Below are positions 49,539 to 62,610 of a stretch of 64,000 nt of DNA, one piece after another (position 1 is the stretch's first letter; each line of letters begins with the position of its first letter). The DNA is from Malacoraja senta (Eukaryota). The notes under the pieces are model-generated. The model did not search any database and was not told the DNA's origin. It was given only the letters and a program-made list of their open reading frames with translations. The position numbers were made by a program, and so were the translations under genes. The stretch covers positions 6,512,001-6,576,000 of the forward strand of contig CM075997.1 of the NCBI GenBank assembly GCA_038087875.1, read 5' to 3'.

Positions 49539-52500
49539 AATAGTAAGATTAAACGAGAACTTACCTAAGTTTGAAGTTTGATCTTTATTTTATGAGGAGT
49601 TACTTAGGTGATTACGTGAAGAACCCCGCCAGTGCGCCTGCGCGTCAATCTTCAAAGCAGCGGTGTGAAATCACAAAAAACAACAACCGAAGTAATATAG
49701 TCTCATACTAAAACGAGTAAGACAAGAACTTCCATCTGACCTTTATGATAGAGGGTAGGGTCGTGGTGGGCACGTAATCACCTACGTAACTCCTCATAAA
49801 ATAAAGATCAAACTTCAAACTTAGGTAAGTTCTCGTTTAATCTTACTATTTTACTTCGGAGTCACGTGAGTGACTACGTGAAGATTTTAAAGCTTTGTGA
49901 TTTCATGCCGTGGATCAATCCCGGCTTCTCACTGCATAGATTGACTCGGAACGAGAATAATCAATCATGCATTCATAATAACATTTGTACCACAAATGCA
50001 GTAATTCATTTCAAGAATGAAATGAATCAGATCCCCTTTAAACCAGAGGAATTTACACAGAACTTAAAATAGTTTCTGCAAACAACCCCGCATTAACAAT
50101 AGGCCGATGGTAAAAATGTTGAAACATCAACTCATTGGACCACCCGGCGGCTGCGAGGATATGGTCGACGGGGCCGTCTTTTGCCCTGGCCGCCGACATT
50201 TCTGCTGCCCTAGTCGAGTGAGACGTAAAAACATAAGTGTTAATACCAGCAGCTGTTAAGACTTCTTTTATCCATCTGGAAATAGTCTGTATTGAAACTC
50301 TCTTGTGTGGTTTCTTGTGTGTGATCAAAAACCCAGGTTTCCGTATTCTCAAATTCTTTGTGACCTCAATGTATTGTAATAAATATGTCTTAATACAGAG
50401 ACATGGATCATTTGGATATGCTGCCAGCATAATTTTAAATCCTGTCACACCTGGCCTAATTTGCTTTAGTAGGTCATAGATATAGAATGTAACCTTGTCT
50501 TCAGTTACTTCCATACTGTCTATTTGTAATTTTCCAAGTGTTTGCACTCGGTGTGCTGTCACTCATGCCATAAACATGAATACTTTCATACTGAGCTTGA
50601 TCAAAGGTAAAGACACACTTGATGACCATCACGAAGTAGTTTCAGTACCACACTTACATCCCAGATTGTCACGTACATAGGTTTCGGTGGTTTGGAATTA
50701 AAGATTCCTTTCATTAGTCTGGAAACAATTGGGTGTGACCCAATTGAGTTTCTTTCTGAATCCAGAACCAAATATGAGGACAATGCACTTCTGGCTGAAT
50801 TAATTGCACTACAACTCAGACCTTCATCATAATAAAGTTTTGACAGAATTCTAAACATTTGAAATATCTGCAGTACTTTATTGCACATTCTTTTGTACCC
50901 AGAACTCTTCCCATTTCTTAATATAAGAAAGGTACTGTTTTTGAGTGCTCTTCCTCCAGGCTGCCGTAAGCATGTCCACAGTATGCTCAGACAGTCCTCG
51001 TCCCAGAAAAAGGCATTCTTAAAACCTGCAAATCAACAAATCCAAACGATCATATAATGGATGTTGTTCCCCTGTGCAGGGTGCAGCAATAAATTACTCT
51101 TTTTTGGGACTTTCATCAACATTTGTGTTGTTAATTCTAATATCAACGGATACCATGGCTGTGTAGGCCAATCTGGTACTACCAATACGCTTGAAGCAGC
51201 ATCTTGCCTGATTTTAAGCAAACATTGGCTTATGAGGCAGAAAGGTGGAAATATATATGAAAACATACCACCCCAATGTAGCGAGAAAGCATCAATCGCC
51301 ACTGCTCCTGGATCTGGTTTCCATGAGACATATCTCGATAGCTGATGATTCAAGTCGATGTCGGTCATTCCAAATCTGATGACTATATCATTGAATACCT
51401 CTTGATTCAACATCCATTCTTTATTATCATGGAACTTTTCGTGACCTGGTGTCTGCTATCGTTCATTCTACCTGGTAGATAGATAGCTGAAATCCAAATG
51501 TTCTTTTCAATACACCAAGCCCAAAGTTGATTAACCATTTTGTCACAAGACACCGACTTAATTCCATATCATTAATATAAACAACTACTGTTGTGTTATC
51601 AATTGAACTTGAACATGCTTATTAGTTGTGTTTAGAACAATAAGCTTGGAGCCCATAGAAACATCCTAGAAGCTCCAAATAGTTAATTCCCCATGTCTGC
51701 AGTAACAATGACTCTTCCTGATTCCATCTGCCTTCTCAGCTAGATGTTGTCAGTTGCACCCCATCCTGGTGCACTGGCATCAGTTTGTAATATCATGGAA
51801 GGTTGTTCAATCAGCACTTTGCTGGAACTGCTTGAGACATGTAGAATCCACCACTGCAGATCAGAAACAGCATTTGTTGTTAGTTGCATGGTTCTATCAA
51901 AATGACCAACATGCATTCTCGGTGCCTGTTCTTTAAGTCTCTGCAGCTGTTGATAATGTAATGGTCCGAATTGGACTGCTGGGAATGCTGCTACTAATTT
52001 TCCCAGTACACGAGCCACCTGTCTAATTGAAGGTTTTTGCTCGTTTAGGAGATTACTGCAATCTTTAATCAAATCCACCCTTTTCCCTGGGCAAAGTAAT
52101 ATTCATTTGGACTGAATCAATTGTGAACCCCAAATAATTAATAGAGGTACATGGTGTTAACCTAGATTTCTGTGGATGAATTAGAAACCCCAAATTTTCA
52201 AAAGTTGATTTCACAACTGCAACAGATACTTCTGTTGACTGTTTTGTCTTTCCTATAAACAAGACATCATCCAAATATGCCATTAGTACATGCCCCTGGC
52301 TACTCAGCAAGCCCAGAATTGGTTTTAACAATTTTGTGAATATTCTGGGTGCAGATATTAACCCATTAAGCAGAGCTTTGAACTGCCACAACTGGTTCAT
52401 CCATTTAAATTTAAGATACTTCCTATCTTCTGAATGAACAGACACTGAATAATATGCATCTTTCAAGTCTACCTTGCACAAAAGGATTCAGATTTATCAA

Positions 52501-54259
52501 ATCTACAAGAATCCTACATCCTCCATCCTTTTTTGATCGAGGGAATATATTTGACACAAATTGGTGACTTTGGTAGACTGCTTTTTCAATAACCCCTTTT
52601 TTATATAGGGTTTCAATTGCAACCTGAACCTCCATCACTTCTTTTTGTACAAAGTGCAGAGTTCGGCTAGGAACATGCTGAACAGGCAAATCATAATTTG
52701 GATTGAATTCAATTCGAAATCCTTGTATATTATTCAGGATTACCACATCTGAAGTAATTTTCTTCCAATTATTATAGAAGAAATGTAACCTGCCTCCAAC
52801 TTTTGGACTTAATCCAGTTAGTATGTTCCCATGAGAACCAGGTCCAACTACCTCTTGAGTCATTTGAGTACCCTGAGATTCCTGGGTTCTCCCGGAAGCA
52901 CGCCCACTGGTTCTTGCTCCCGCTGCAGGCCGCCAACTACGTCCCTGCGTTGATGAGCGACTTGGTCCAGGATCCGTATGACGTCTGAAAGGATACTTCC
53001 TTTTTACAGACTTCACAACCATTGATGTCTTCATCAATCCTGTTTTCGCTTCATCTTCCAACTCTTTAATACGTCTCCCGAGATCTCTCCAAAGAGTAAG
53101 TTGGGTAATTTGTATATTACTTGGTTTGCAGAGTGCTGCGAATTTCGGATTCATAGTAGACCGTATAGCACTTCTCGAAGTGGGTGCTGCATAGCAACCC
53201 CAGTGCTTGCTGATGCAACTTCATCATCTTTTGGTTGTTACCTGCTATTCTGATAAAAGCAGTTATTCCAGAACCCAGCAGCTTTAATATTCTCTGCAAC
53301 TGATTCCAGATACTCTTGCAGTCTCATCCATTTCATGCTGTTCCAGCTAATGGTAAACCAAGTAATTTATTAAGGAGGCCAGTTCTTCCTAATGGCTCTC
53401 CTGACCCTGACGGGGCAGCGAATCCTACTACCAGGGATGGAACATCTGGCAGCTGCCTTTCATTGCCTTGTACAGCCTCACCGTCAGAGTCGGGGTCTGA
53501 AATCTCATGACCCGTAGCACGCTCCTCATTCCTGAGGGTGCATTCCATCAGCCCTGAGCCAGGTGCTGTTAAGCTGCTCCTGCAGCTTGGATTGCAGTAC
53601 ACTCCTTCCTGAGTGAACTTTTGCTCCAACAACCTATGAAAAAGGCTTCTATTTGGGCAATACGCTCGAAAGCAGTATCTAGCCCTGTACCACGAGCTGT
53701 TTGAGCTGTTTCCAGCAGCTTGGCTTTCAGAACACTCCTTCCTGAGTGAACTTTGCTCCAACAGCCTGTGTAAAAGGCTTTCTATTTGGGCAATACGCTC
53801 TAAAGCAGTATCTAGCCCTGGAGCTTCTTCTTTGCCTGGGACTCCCTCCGTTGGGATTTAAACTTTGTCTTTTGCCCGACAGGCGCTGACTGTGTTTTCA
53901 CCAGCCCCAGGTCCACAGTCGCTATGCTCACCGCTGGCGACTGTACCGGGGTTTAGAGGCGGTTGGTCTCTAACCGCGGACTCCCGACTTTCCCGACTTC
54001 TGTCGGCTATGTCGCTCGCCTCTTCCCCCTGTCCGTTTTTTCCCATGGCGTCTGTGGAAAAAATCGCCATAGACCCACAGTAAACGGACCTGGAAAACCT
54101 GTAAAAAAGTTTTTACTTACCTTGTAGTTGGAAAAACTACAAACCACTCGAGGAGCACTGCTCCTCACGTCCGTTTGCGTCAAGGCGTCTGACGTAATGA
54201 CGCGCAGGCGCACTGGCGGGGTTCTTCACGTAGTCACTCACGTGACTCCGAAGTAAAAT
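49539..54259 (-). mobile_element. Full-length DIRS1-type retrotransposon (ORFs disrupted) inserted in a Penelope fragment (49230-49538 / 54260-54500)
   Basis: Both termini are present and the ICR at ~49785-49883 carries the end-to-end junction TCTTACT-ATT-TTACTTC. RT VDLKDAYY/YLDD, TDAS, MT-like DAFS..FPPF and YR SHSTRAA..AGW..F..FY. Confidence 0.95.
50053..50562 (-). pseudogene. DIRS tyrosine recombinase, catalytic part
   Basis: R...H-S-T-R...GW...FQHFY; homologous to 33983-34513. Confidence 0.85.
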
Positions 54260-54504
54260 GAAGGGTTTACTTGAAGTTAGAGACATCAATTTTCATGGCA
54301 CTGGATTGTAAGCTGCTTTAGCGTGATATGAGATGCTGTTCCTCCATTTTGCATTTAGCCTCACTGGAGGAGGCCTAGGACAGAAAGGTCAGTGGGAATG
54401 GGGTGGGGAATTAAAGTGTTTGGCAACCGGGAGATCGGGTAGGTCCAGGCGGACTGAGCGAAGGTGTTCATCGAAATGATCGCCCAATCTATGTTTAGTC
54501 TGGA

Positions 54505-55400
54505 CTCGGCGATCGTTTCGCATCATCCTGGAGCCTTGTTTGCTGCCACAGAATCCCTCCTCTTTGTTCTTAACTAACGAGTCTCCGATCAGTATCGTTC
54601 TGTCAGACTTGGCATGGTGGTGCAGTGGTAGAGTTGCTGCCTTACCGCGAATGCAGCGCTGGAGTCCCGGTTCGATCCTGACTACGGGTGCTGTCTGTAC
54701 GGAGTTTGTACGTTCTCCCCGTGACCTGTGTGGGTTTTCTCCGAGATCTTCGGTTTCCTCCCTCACTCCAAAGACGTACAAGTATGTAGGTTAATTGGCT
54801 TGGTAAATGTAAAAATTGTCCCTACTGGGTATAAGAGTGTTAATGTGCAGGGATCGGTGGTCGGGGCGGACCCGGTGGGTTGAAAGGCCTGTTTCCGCGC
54901 TGTATCTATAAACTAAACTTCACCAATCCCCATTGCGCCTCAAAGCCAGGATTGATGCCACCGACTTGACGGCTGTTGCCTTCCTCTGCAGTGCTTCTCC
55001 TCCCCACCACTCTCCCTCCCCCAACAGTATCCAAAACGGGCATGCCTGTTGTCGAGAAGAAAAGCCACATGGGTGTCCAGTACTCTGTGCTGACTCCCTT
55101 TCCTGATGGTCACCTCACTGTAATTCCTGTCTATGACCTCTGTCTCCCGGATGATCCTGAGGTCCATGGTTCATCCAGTTGCTGCTGCAGTTCCGTGACG
55201 CAGTCTGTAATGAGCTGTACCTGCACGCACATCCCACAGGTGATGTCCTCGGAGACACTGGAAGTCTCCTTGTCTTCCTACATCTTGCAGGAGGAGCAAA
55301 CAACAGCCCTAACTGCTGCACCAAACAACGGAAAGTTTAGGGAAGAAATAAAAGACAGTCTAACCTCACTGTTATTCTTTATGCTGAAGCCACTTCAACC
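54505..55400 (-). mobile_element. CR1 ORF1/5' region remnant (esterase-like GDS motif) interrupted by a plus-strand V-SINE at 54609-54918
   Basis: TILIGDSLVKNKEEGFCG. SINE head tggtgcagtggtagagttgctgcc...ggttcgatcc with a V-domain. Confidence 0.65.
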
Positions 55401-55779
55401 CAAGCCTTGCACTTACTGTGCACGTGGTACTAAGCCTCCAAATGGCCACTCCCAACGTGTTCCACATAACTATCTTTATTTAGGGAGAGAAGGCTATGGA
55501 GGAAGTAAATTCATGTTTATATGTGCAGGTAAGGTGAGATACAGGTAGAATGGAAATCTTGCTTGCAGCAGCATCACAGGCACATAGACTCAGACAAAAC
55601 ACCAAAACATAAATCAAATATAAATTACACTCATTCTACAATGCAGCAAAAAGAAAAAACGACTGTGGAAAAGACAGGTATTTATGTATAGCGCAATTTG
55701 AAAAAATAATACATGGCCAAGATAGTGCTTTCGGTGGTAGGCTGTGTTCTTTTGCCGAGGTAGCATTTGGATGGAAATT

Positions 55780-57420
55780 ATGGCTTTGTGGCAAGGTTTG
55801 CGGATGATACGAAGATAGGTGAAGATGCAGGTAATGTTGGTGAAGCAGGGAGTCTGCAGAAGGACTTGCACAGTTTGGGAGAATGGGCGATGAATCGGCA
55901 GATGGAATCATAATAATCATAATCATAATTGTAATTTATTAGCCAAGTATGTTTTGCAACATACAAGGAATTTGGTTTGCTGTACAGTCACACCAAAAAA
56001 GTAACAAGGGACACAACTGCATAAAAATTTGACATAAACATCCACCACAGCGGCTCCTCCCCATTCCCCACTATGATGGAAGGCAATAAAGTCTTATCTT
56101 TTTTCCTCCTTTACTCCCGTGGTCAAGGGAGTCGAAACATCTGCAGTCGGGACAATCGAAGCTCCCACGATCGGATTGGTTGTAGCTCCTGCGGCTTGGA
56201 GCTCCTGAAGTCGGTCACTAACCAGGGGCCGCGAGGTCCACGTTGTTAAAGTCCGCAGGCTCCTGCGATTGGAGCTCCCAAGGTCCCAGCAAGATGCTGC
56301 CAGCTCCACGATGTTAGGCGCAGTGCAGTTGGAGATATGACACGGAAAAGTCGCATCTCTGTCGAGGAAAGCGATATAAAAAAGTTTCCCCCACATAGCA
56401 CAAAACTAAAGTTAAACTAAAACATACATTTTACAAACTAAAAACACAAATAAGGAAAAAGACGAGACAGACCGTTGGCGAGGCAGCCATCGTAGGTGGG
56501 TGGTGGGGGTAACATTTTATCTCTTTCCCCGCCGGATATGCAACTTTTCCGTGTCATATCTCCATCTGCGCTGTGGTCTAACATTGTGGAACTGGCGGCC
56601 TCTTGTTGGTACAGTGGGAGCTCCAACCGTGCAGGAGCTGGTAGCAATGTGTGCAGTCATGCAATTTGGTAGTAGGATTAAAGGCATAGACTATTTTCTA
56701 AATGGAGAGAGGATTTGGAAATCAGAGGTGCACAGGGACTTGGGCATGCAGGATTCCCAAAAGGTTAATTTGCAGGTTTAATCTGTAGTAAGGAAGGCAA
56801 ATGCAATGTTAGCATTCATTTTGAGAGGGCTAGAATATAGAAGCAGTGATGTGATGCTAATCAGGCATGGATCAGACCGCATTTGATTGTGAGCAGTTTT
56901 TGGGTCCCGTATCTGCAAAGGATGTACTGGCATTGGTGGAGGTACAGAGGTTTACGAGAATGATCCCTGCGATGATTGGGTTAATGTATGATGAGCGTTT
57001 GAGGGCTCTGGGCCTTTATTTCCTGGAGTTTAGATGGATGAGGAGTGGGGAATCCCAGTGAAACCTATCGAATAGTGAAAGTACTGGGTAGAGTGAATAT
57101 GGGGAGAAAGTTTTCACGTGGGAGAATGTACGACCAGAGGGCATAGCCTCGCTTTAAAAGGATGTAAGTCTAGAAAGATGATGAGGAATTCATTTAGCCA
57201 GAAGGTGGTGAACCTGTGGAATTCATTGCCACAGTTGGCAGTGGAGGCCAAATCATTGGGTATTTTCATAGCCGAGATTGACAGGTTCCTAGTTATGATG
57301 TCAAAGATTACAGGGAGAAGGCAGGGGAATGAGTTTGAGAGGGAAAGATAGATCAGCCATGATTGAATGGTGGGATAGGCGCAATGGGCTGCATGGCTGA
57401 ATTCTGCTCCTTTGACATGA
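55780..57420 (+). mobile_element. CR1/HER1 RT-to-3' fragment split by a minus-strand non-coding retroelement (~55909-56490)
   Basis: FADDTKIG, LQKDL, TTRGHSL and FSQKVVNLWNSLP. Confidence 0.8.
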
Positions 57421-58056
57421 ACTTTGGGTTGTGCAGGTCGGTTCAAGAACCTAATGGTTGTAGGAAAGTTGGGACTTCAGGCTTCTGTACCTCCTATCCA
57501 ACTGTGGCAGTGAGATGAGGGCTTGTTGGGGATCCATGATGATAAATGATGCTTTCTTGAGGCAGCGCCTCGTAGACCCATTTGATTGTGGGAAGGGCTG
57601 GAGCTGTGATGGGCTGGGCCTTTACCAGTCTACCACTCTCTGTAGTCCCTGTGTGTTGGAATTGCTGTAGCAGGCCATGATGCAACCAATTGGGATGCTT
57701 TATACCATGCATCTTGTTGAAGTCTGTTGGAATGTTTGGTGACATTCAAAATATCTTTAAACTTAAGAAGGTTGGGTTTACAGTAAGATCGGTGATGGAA
57801 TAGAATTGGGAGAACAATACACTCCCTCGTGGTACAAATTCATACATACCTGTATAGATATCGAGAGCATATGGACAGTGTGTTGGGGTGACCAAATCAA
57901 ATTTTGGGTCGTTTGAGGCCAGAACCAGCACAGTGAATGGCAGCATCCCGGAGAGTCAGAGTCATACATCCAGGAAGCAGACCCCGCAGCCCAACTCATC
58001 TCTGCCCTCTCTAAGCCAGTTCCATTTGCCTGCGTTTTGACCTTTTCCCTCTAAAC

Positions 58057-58470
58057 AAGCGTTTCTCAACCTTTTTACCCTTGGGGAACCCTTGAAATAA
58101 TTTTCATGTCTCAGGGAACCCCTACAAAAAAATTATTATATATCTTTATTAATCTCTTTCCTAAACTTAAAGGCAAACATAATATATTTTTCTGATAACT
58201 GGTTTAAGCAAAAAATAACTTGCATTTCACTCAAGTTTATTGACAATGCAAAAAAACCCACTGAAATCAAACTGTTCAAGAGACCTCGACTTTTAGTAAA
58301 CTAACAAAAATAAACATACATTTTTTAAATTCATATAACATCCCTAAATGATGGGTAAAAATGACTAAATAACATGGGTGAATGAGGGACTGTACCTGCA
58401 CGCCAGGAAGCCCGTGCTCGACTGCTGGAGCACTTAATGACTGCCGACCCTGACTTCTGCCGCACCGACC
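58057..58470. mobile_element. hAT-Charlie-like MITE, one end only
   Basis: AAGCGTTTCTCAAC (degenerate CAGyGTTTCTCAAC terminus) after a CTCTAAAC-type target; GGAACCC subterminal repeats. Confidence 0.55.
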
Positions 58471-59453
58471 TTGAGAGTACAGGAGGATGAGGGGTGATCT
58501 TATAGAGATATAAAATCATGGGATGAATAGATCGGATAGATGCAAATAGTCTCATGCCCAGAGAAGGTGAATTGAGGGCCAGAGGACAGAGGTTTAAGGT
58601 GAAGGGGAAAAAAATGAATAGAAATCTGAGGGATACCTTTTTCACACAGAGTGGTGGGTGTATGGAGCAAGCAGCCAGAGGAGGTAGTTGAGGCTGGGAC
58701 TATCCCTACGTTTAATAAGCCGTTAGACAGGTACATGGTTACGACAGGTTTGGAGGGATATGAACCAAATGCAAGCAGGTGGTACTAGTCTAGCTGGGAC
58801 ATGTTGGCCGGTGTGGGCAAGTTGGGCTGAAGGGCCTGTTTCCACACTGTATCACTCTATGACTCTACAAGCCCTCATGTCTTTGGAATGTGGTGGATAG
58901 TGAAGAAGGTTGTCTGAGGTTACAACAGGATTTAGATCAACTGGGGAAGTGGACAGAATGACACTTTGAATTTAATTTGGACAAGTGTAAGGTATTGCAT
59001 TTGGGAAGTTGAACCAGGGCAGGCCTTACAGACTAAAGGACAGCGGCTTGGGGAATTTTGGAGAATAGAAAGGACCAGGAGATACAAAGATATGGTAGCG
59101 AGACTAGTAGAGAACATGATGAAGAAGGGGTTTAGCATGTTTGCATTCATTGGTCAGGCATTGAAGTACAGGAGTTAGGACATCATGAGCAGTCATTCAT
59201 GATGTGGGTGAGACTGCGCATGGAGTTCTGTGTGCAGTTCTGGTCACTAGCTATGCGACAAGATGTCTTTAACCTGGATTGGATGCAGAAAATATTCACC
59301 AGGATGTTGGAGGGCTTGAATTATGAGGAGAGACTGGAAAGGTTGGGGCTATTTTCCATGGAGAGAAGGAGGCTGAGGAAGATCTTATCGAGGTTTATAT
59401 AATCGTAAGGGGTGTAGATGGTCAGGTTTCCCCCCCCCCCCATGGTAGGGGAG
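58470..59453 (+). mobile_element. CR1/HER1 fragments
   Basis: FCVQFWS, YEERLERLGLFSMERRRLR; tail ggcctgtttccacactgtatcactctatgactcta. Confidence 0.75.
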
Positions 59454-59961
59454 TGTCAGGTGCAAAAAACGGATTGCTCACAATCACGATGCATAGAGAA
59501 TTTAGAGAAACAAGTTCATTTATTAGCAAGTCTGCAGAGTCGGGTGTCTCCCTTATCAAGACACACCGAGACCAGGAAATTCACTCTTTTATTCACACCA
59601 TTTTACAATGGTTTACACCTTTAATTCCTCCCCTTCGGGCTCCTTCCAATCAGAGCACTGAGGTGCACAATCTAACCGTAACGCCCCGCAACGCCCAGTG
59701 TACCTCCCAGATCATACATCGCATGTGCATTTAAATGAGACATCTTGTCATGATGGGCGTGTGTACATATTCATGTAAGTTCATTGCCCATGCGCACAGA
59801 GAGTTGCTCATGACCCTTACCCTAGTTCTACCTGGACGGTCTCCTTATCTCCTTTGTTCTCATCCTTGAAGAAGTCGCCATCTGTACTCGTGCATCCACT
59901 CCCTACTATACAAAGGGTTCTTAGTCTAAATCAACCTATACCTATTAACCCCTTCCTCACA
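59454..59961 (-). mobile_element. ERV 3' LTR (~508 bp)
   Basis: Minus-strand TGTGAGG...CCTGACA imperfect terminal repeat. AATAAA at 59518-59523. Degenerate PPT at 59962-59973, directly downstream of env. Confidence 0.7.
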
Positions 59962-60057
59962 ACCCACACTTTTACTTTTGCTACTGCAATCTTTGATTTA
60001 TACTATCTCCCCCTTCTCTAATGCTAACAGCAGAATCTTCGCCTCCCTATCTTCCTC

Positions 60058-61269
60058 TCATTCGATAGACAGGGAGGTGAGACCTGCTAGGGCTCTCGAC
60101 ACTGACCCATCAGGAGCAGTGTTGTTGGGGATGAAGGTGCAACATTGTTCCCCAAACATTACACACACCCCTCCCTTCTCAGCCAGTAGCATGTCTAAGG
60201 CCATGCGATTTTGCCAGGCCATTAGGCTGGTATCTGTCAGTTGTTCCGCTAATCCTTCAACCGCATCTCGAGTGTAATTTATAAAGAGTTGTTGATTGTC
60301 GTATAGGTAGTTGATCCAATCCACATTTTAATTAATTGTGGACCACCAGAAGAGTATGGACTCAAAGCCCGCAGCTATCTGGTTTCTGGCTTTGAATTCA
60401 TCGGGTACCCCTCTTGGCACCCCTACCGCATCTATATATATGTGTGTGTCGAATGATCCTTTCACCCCTCTCTTTTGTCGCCGGCTTCCTTCATTGAGTT
60501 CTACAGCATGTTCTACTGCTATGGTGAAGGGCATCATCAGTTGTGTGAGGGTACAGGTTCCCGTCCATGACCCCGGTAACCGGGGCCACAGGGTATTCTC
60601 CCTGCACCACCACCAGACATCAGCTCTACTGACTATCTGCTTTCTCAGCCAGGAGCTTTTGAACAGTGGCCCCTGTCCCTCAGCCGTTATGTTATACGTC
60701 TGATTGCAGTTGAGCACCTCACCCATTTCCTGTCCATCTGGGTTATATCTGGTATAGCACTCAAATCCCTCCTCCCCAAGGGGAGTGGTAAATGGAGGAG
60801 GTCGAGGGTCTGTCCTTCGGCCCTTTGTATTGTTGTTGCTAGCCGGGAATAGGTAATGATAACTCTGGCAGGTCGCATCCTTTGGTAGGATGGGATTCGT
60901 GAATAGCTGTAGTATACATGGCATAGCCCCAGGTGTCCTATCCCAATTCAAGGGAAATAGTACTGGAACCAGCTGAGGCTTAGCTCCGGCGCAGGCGTAG
61001 CAATTGGTGTGTTGCATACTCCTGGCCGTGTACATCATCCAGGCAAGCCAGGTGTTGGCTCCCTTTCCTCCTGTAGGTATTCCCTCCTCATATAATTGCC
61101 TTAATTCTGTTTCTCCTGCTACTATCATTATCTTCAAATCCTTAGGCTCATTCTCCCTGTTCTATCTGCACATATCCAATACCTACCACTTTCCTGCATT
61201 TGAACACTCTGTATGCTTACATAGTTGGGTAACCACCCAACACACGACCCACCAACACAAAATCTTCAT
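60058..61269 (-). pseudogene. env: Gamma-type (class I) retroviral env with three in-frame stops and no membrane anchor
   Basis: Signal-like MKILCWWVVCWVV; CYAC (CXXC); furin site RRQKR; GVPRGVPDEFKARNQIAAGFES; ISD WQNRMALDMLLA; CX6CC (CVMFGEQCC). TAA at 60328-60330 is in frame. Confidence 0.92.
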
Positions 61270-61339
61270 TTTTCCCGCGGGTTCTTGTTAAATATTAAAG
61301 TCAATGGTTCCTCTCCTTTGCGCACAGTCCACAGGCTGA

Positions 61340-61652
61340 TATTGTCTGGTGGGGCCTCCACAGGACCCTTAACTCGACTTGCATATGTCCACCCTTTCTC
61401 TTTTGTTTGTACTGCCGTCTCGGTGATTAGTAACACCAGGTAGGGTCCAGTCCACTAAGGTTGCAGCTTTTCTTCTTTCCACGTTTTTATTAATACCCAG
61501 TCTCCAGCCTTGACTGAGTGTATCGGGAAGTCCAGTGGTGGGCTCTGGGCCAGCAATCCTTTAATTTTTTTTTCTGCAAGAGATTGGGACACTGCCAGTA
61601 AATAGTTCCTCAGGAACACATCGTTCCCTTGCATTGTTGGGACTCCTTCTAT
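61340..61652 (-). pseudogene. ERV integrase C-terminus (GPY/F module), family 1
   Basis: PPLDFPIHSVKAGDWVLIKTWK..LQP*WTGPYLVLLITETAVQT..KGWTYASRVK. Confidence 0.85.
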
Positions 61653-62610
61653 CTTTCCTAAATAATAAAGACTTAACTTGTTCAACCTTTCTCTGTCTTA
61701 GTTGCTGAAACCCAGTCAACATTCTAATTGATCTCCTCTGTACTCTCTCTATTTTGTTGACCTTTTTCCTATAATAATGCCTACCAAAATGATACACCAC
61801 ACTCCACAATTAACCTCACCAATACCTTGTACAATTTAACATTACAACCCAACTTCTATACACAATGCTCTGATTTATAAAGGCCAACACACCAAAATCT
61901 TTCTTTACCATCCTATCTTCATGAAATTCCACCTTCAGGAAACCATGCACAGTTATTCCTAGATCCCTCTGTTCAACTTCATTCCTCAATTCACAATCAT
62001 TTACCATGTACGTTCAATTTTGATTTGTCCTGCCAAGATGTATCATCTCACACTTATCAACATTAAACCCATCTGTCATGTTTCAACCCACTCTTCCAAA
62101 TGATCTAAATCTCTCTGTACACTTTTAAAATCTACTTCATTATTCACAACACCACCTATCTTAGTATCATCTACATACTTATTAATCTATTTTACCACAC
62201 CAACATCCAGATTATTGATTCACATGACAAACAGTGGACCCAACACACATCCCCGAGGTACCCCTCTAGTCACTGACCTCCAACCTGACAAACATCCATC
62301 CACCATTGCTCTCTGACATCTCCCATACAGCCACTTTTTAATCCATCTTGCTATTCCTTACTAACCCGTCTTAACCAACCTTATTTCCTTATTGAACCTT
62401 GTCAAAGGCCTTACTGAAGTTCATCTAGACAACATCCACCACTTTACCCTCATCAATTTCCCTAATAACCTTTTCAAAAAATTCAAGATTAGTCAAACAT
62501 CACAATCACAAATCCATGCTAATTCTTCCTAATCCTACCCTATTTATCCAAATTCTTATATATTGTCTTAAGTATCCTTTCCATTATTTTGCCCACCACT
62601 GATGTCAAAC
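61653..62610 (-). mobile_element. Internal CR1 RT fragment (no tail, no TSD) embedded in the ERV in sense orientation, strongly G-poor on + strand
   Basis: EQRDLGITVH, NKIERVQRR, DFSKAFDKV-like segment (gtcaaaggccttactgaagt). Hand count of 32 G in the 480 nt at 62101-62580. Confidence 0.8.

Noticed and set aside
54609..54690. tRNA-like A/B boxes (also ~4918, ~15663, ~17915)
   Set aside because: Heads of V-SINEs; no full cloverleaf, and they continue into the SINE body.
60058..61269. Intact syncytin-like gene
   Set aside because: Three in-frame stops and no transmembrane anchor in this copy.
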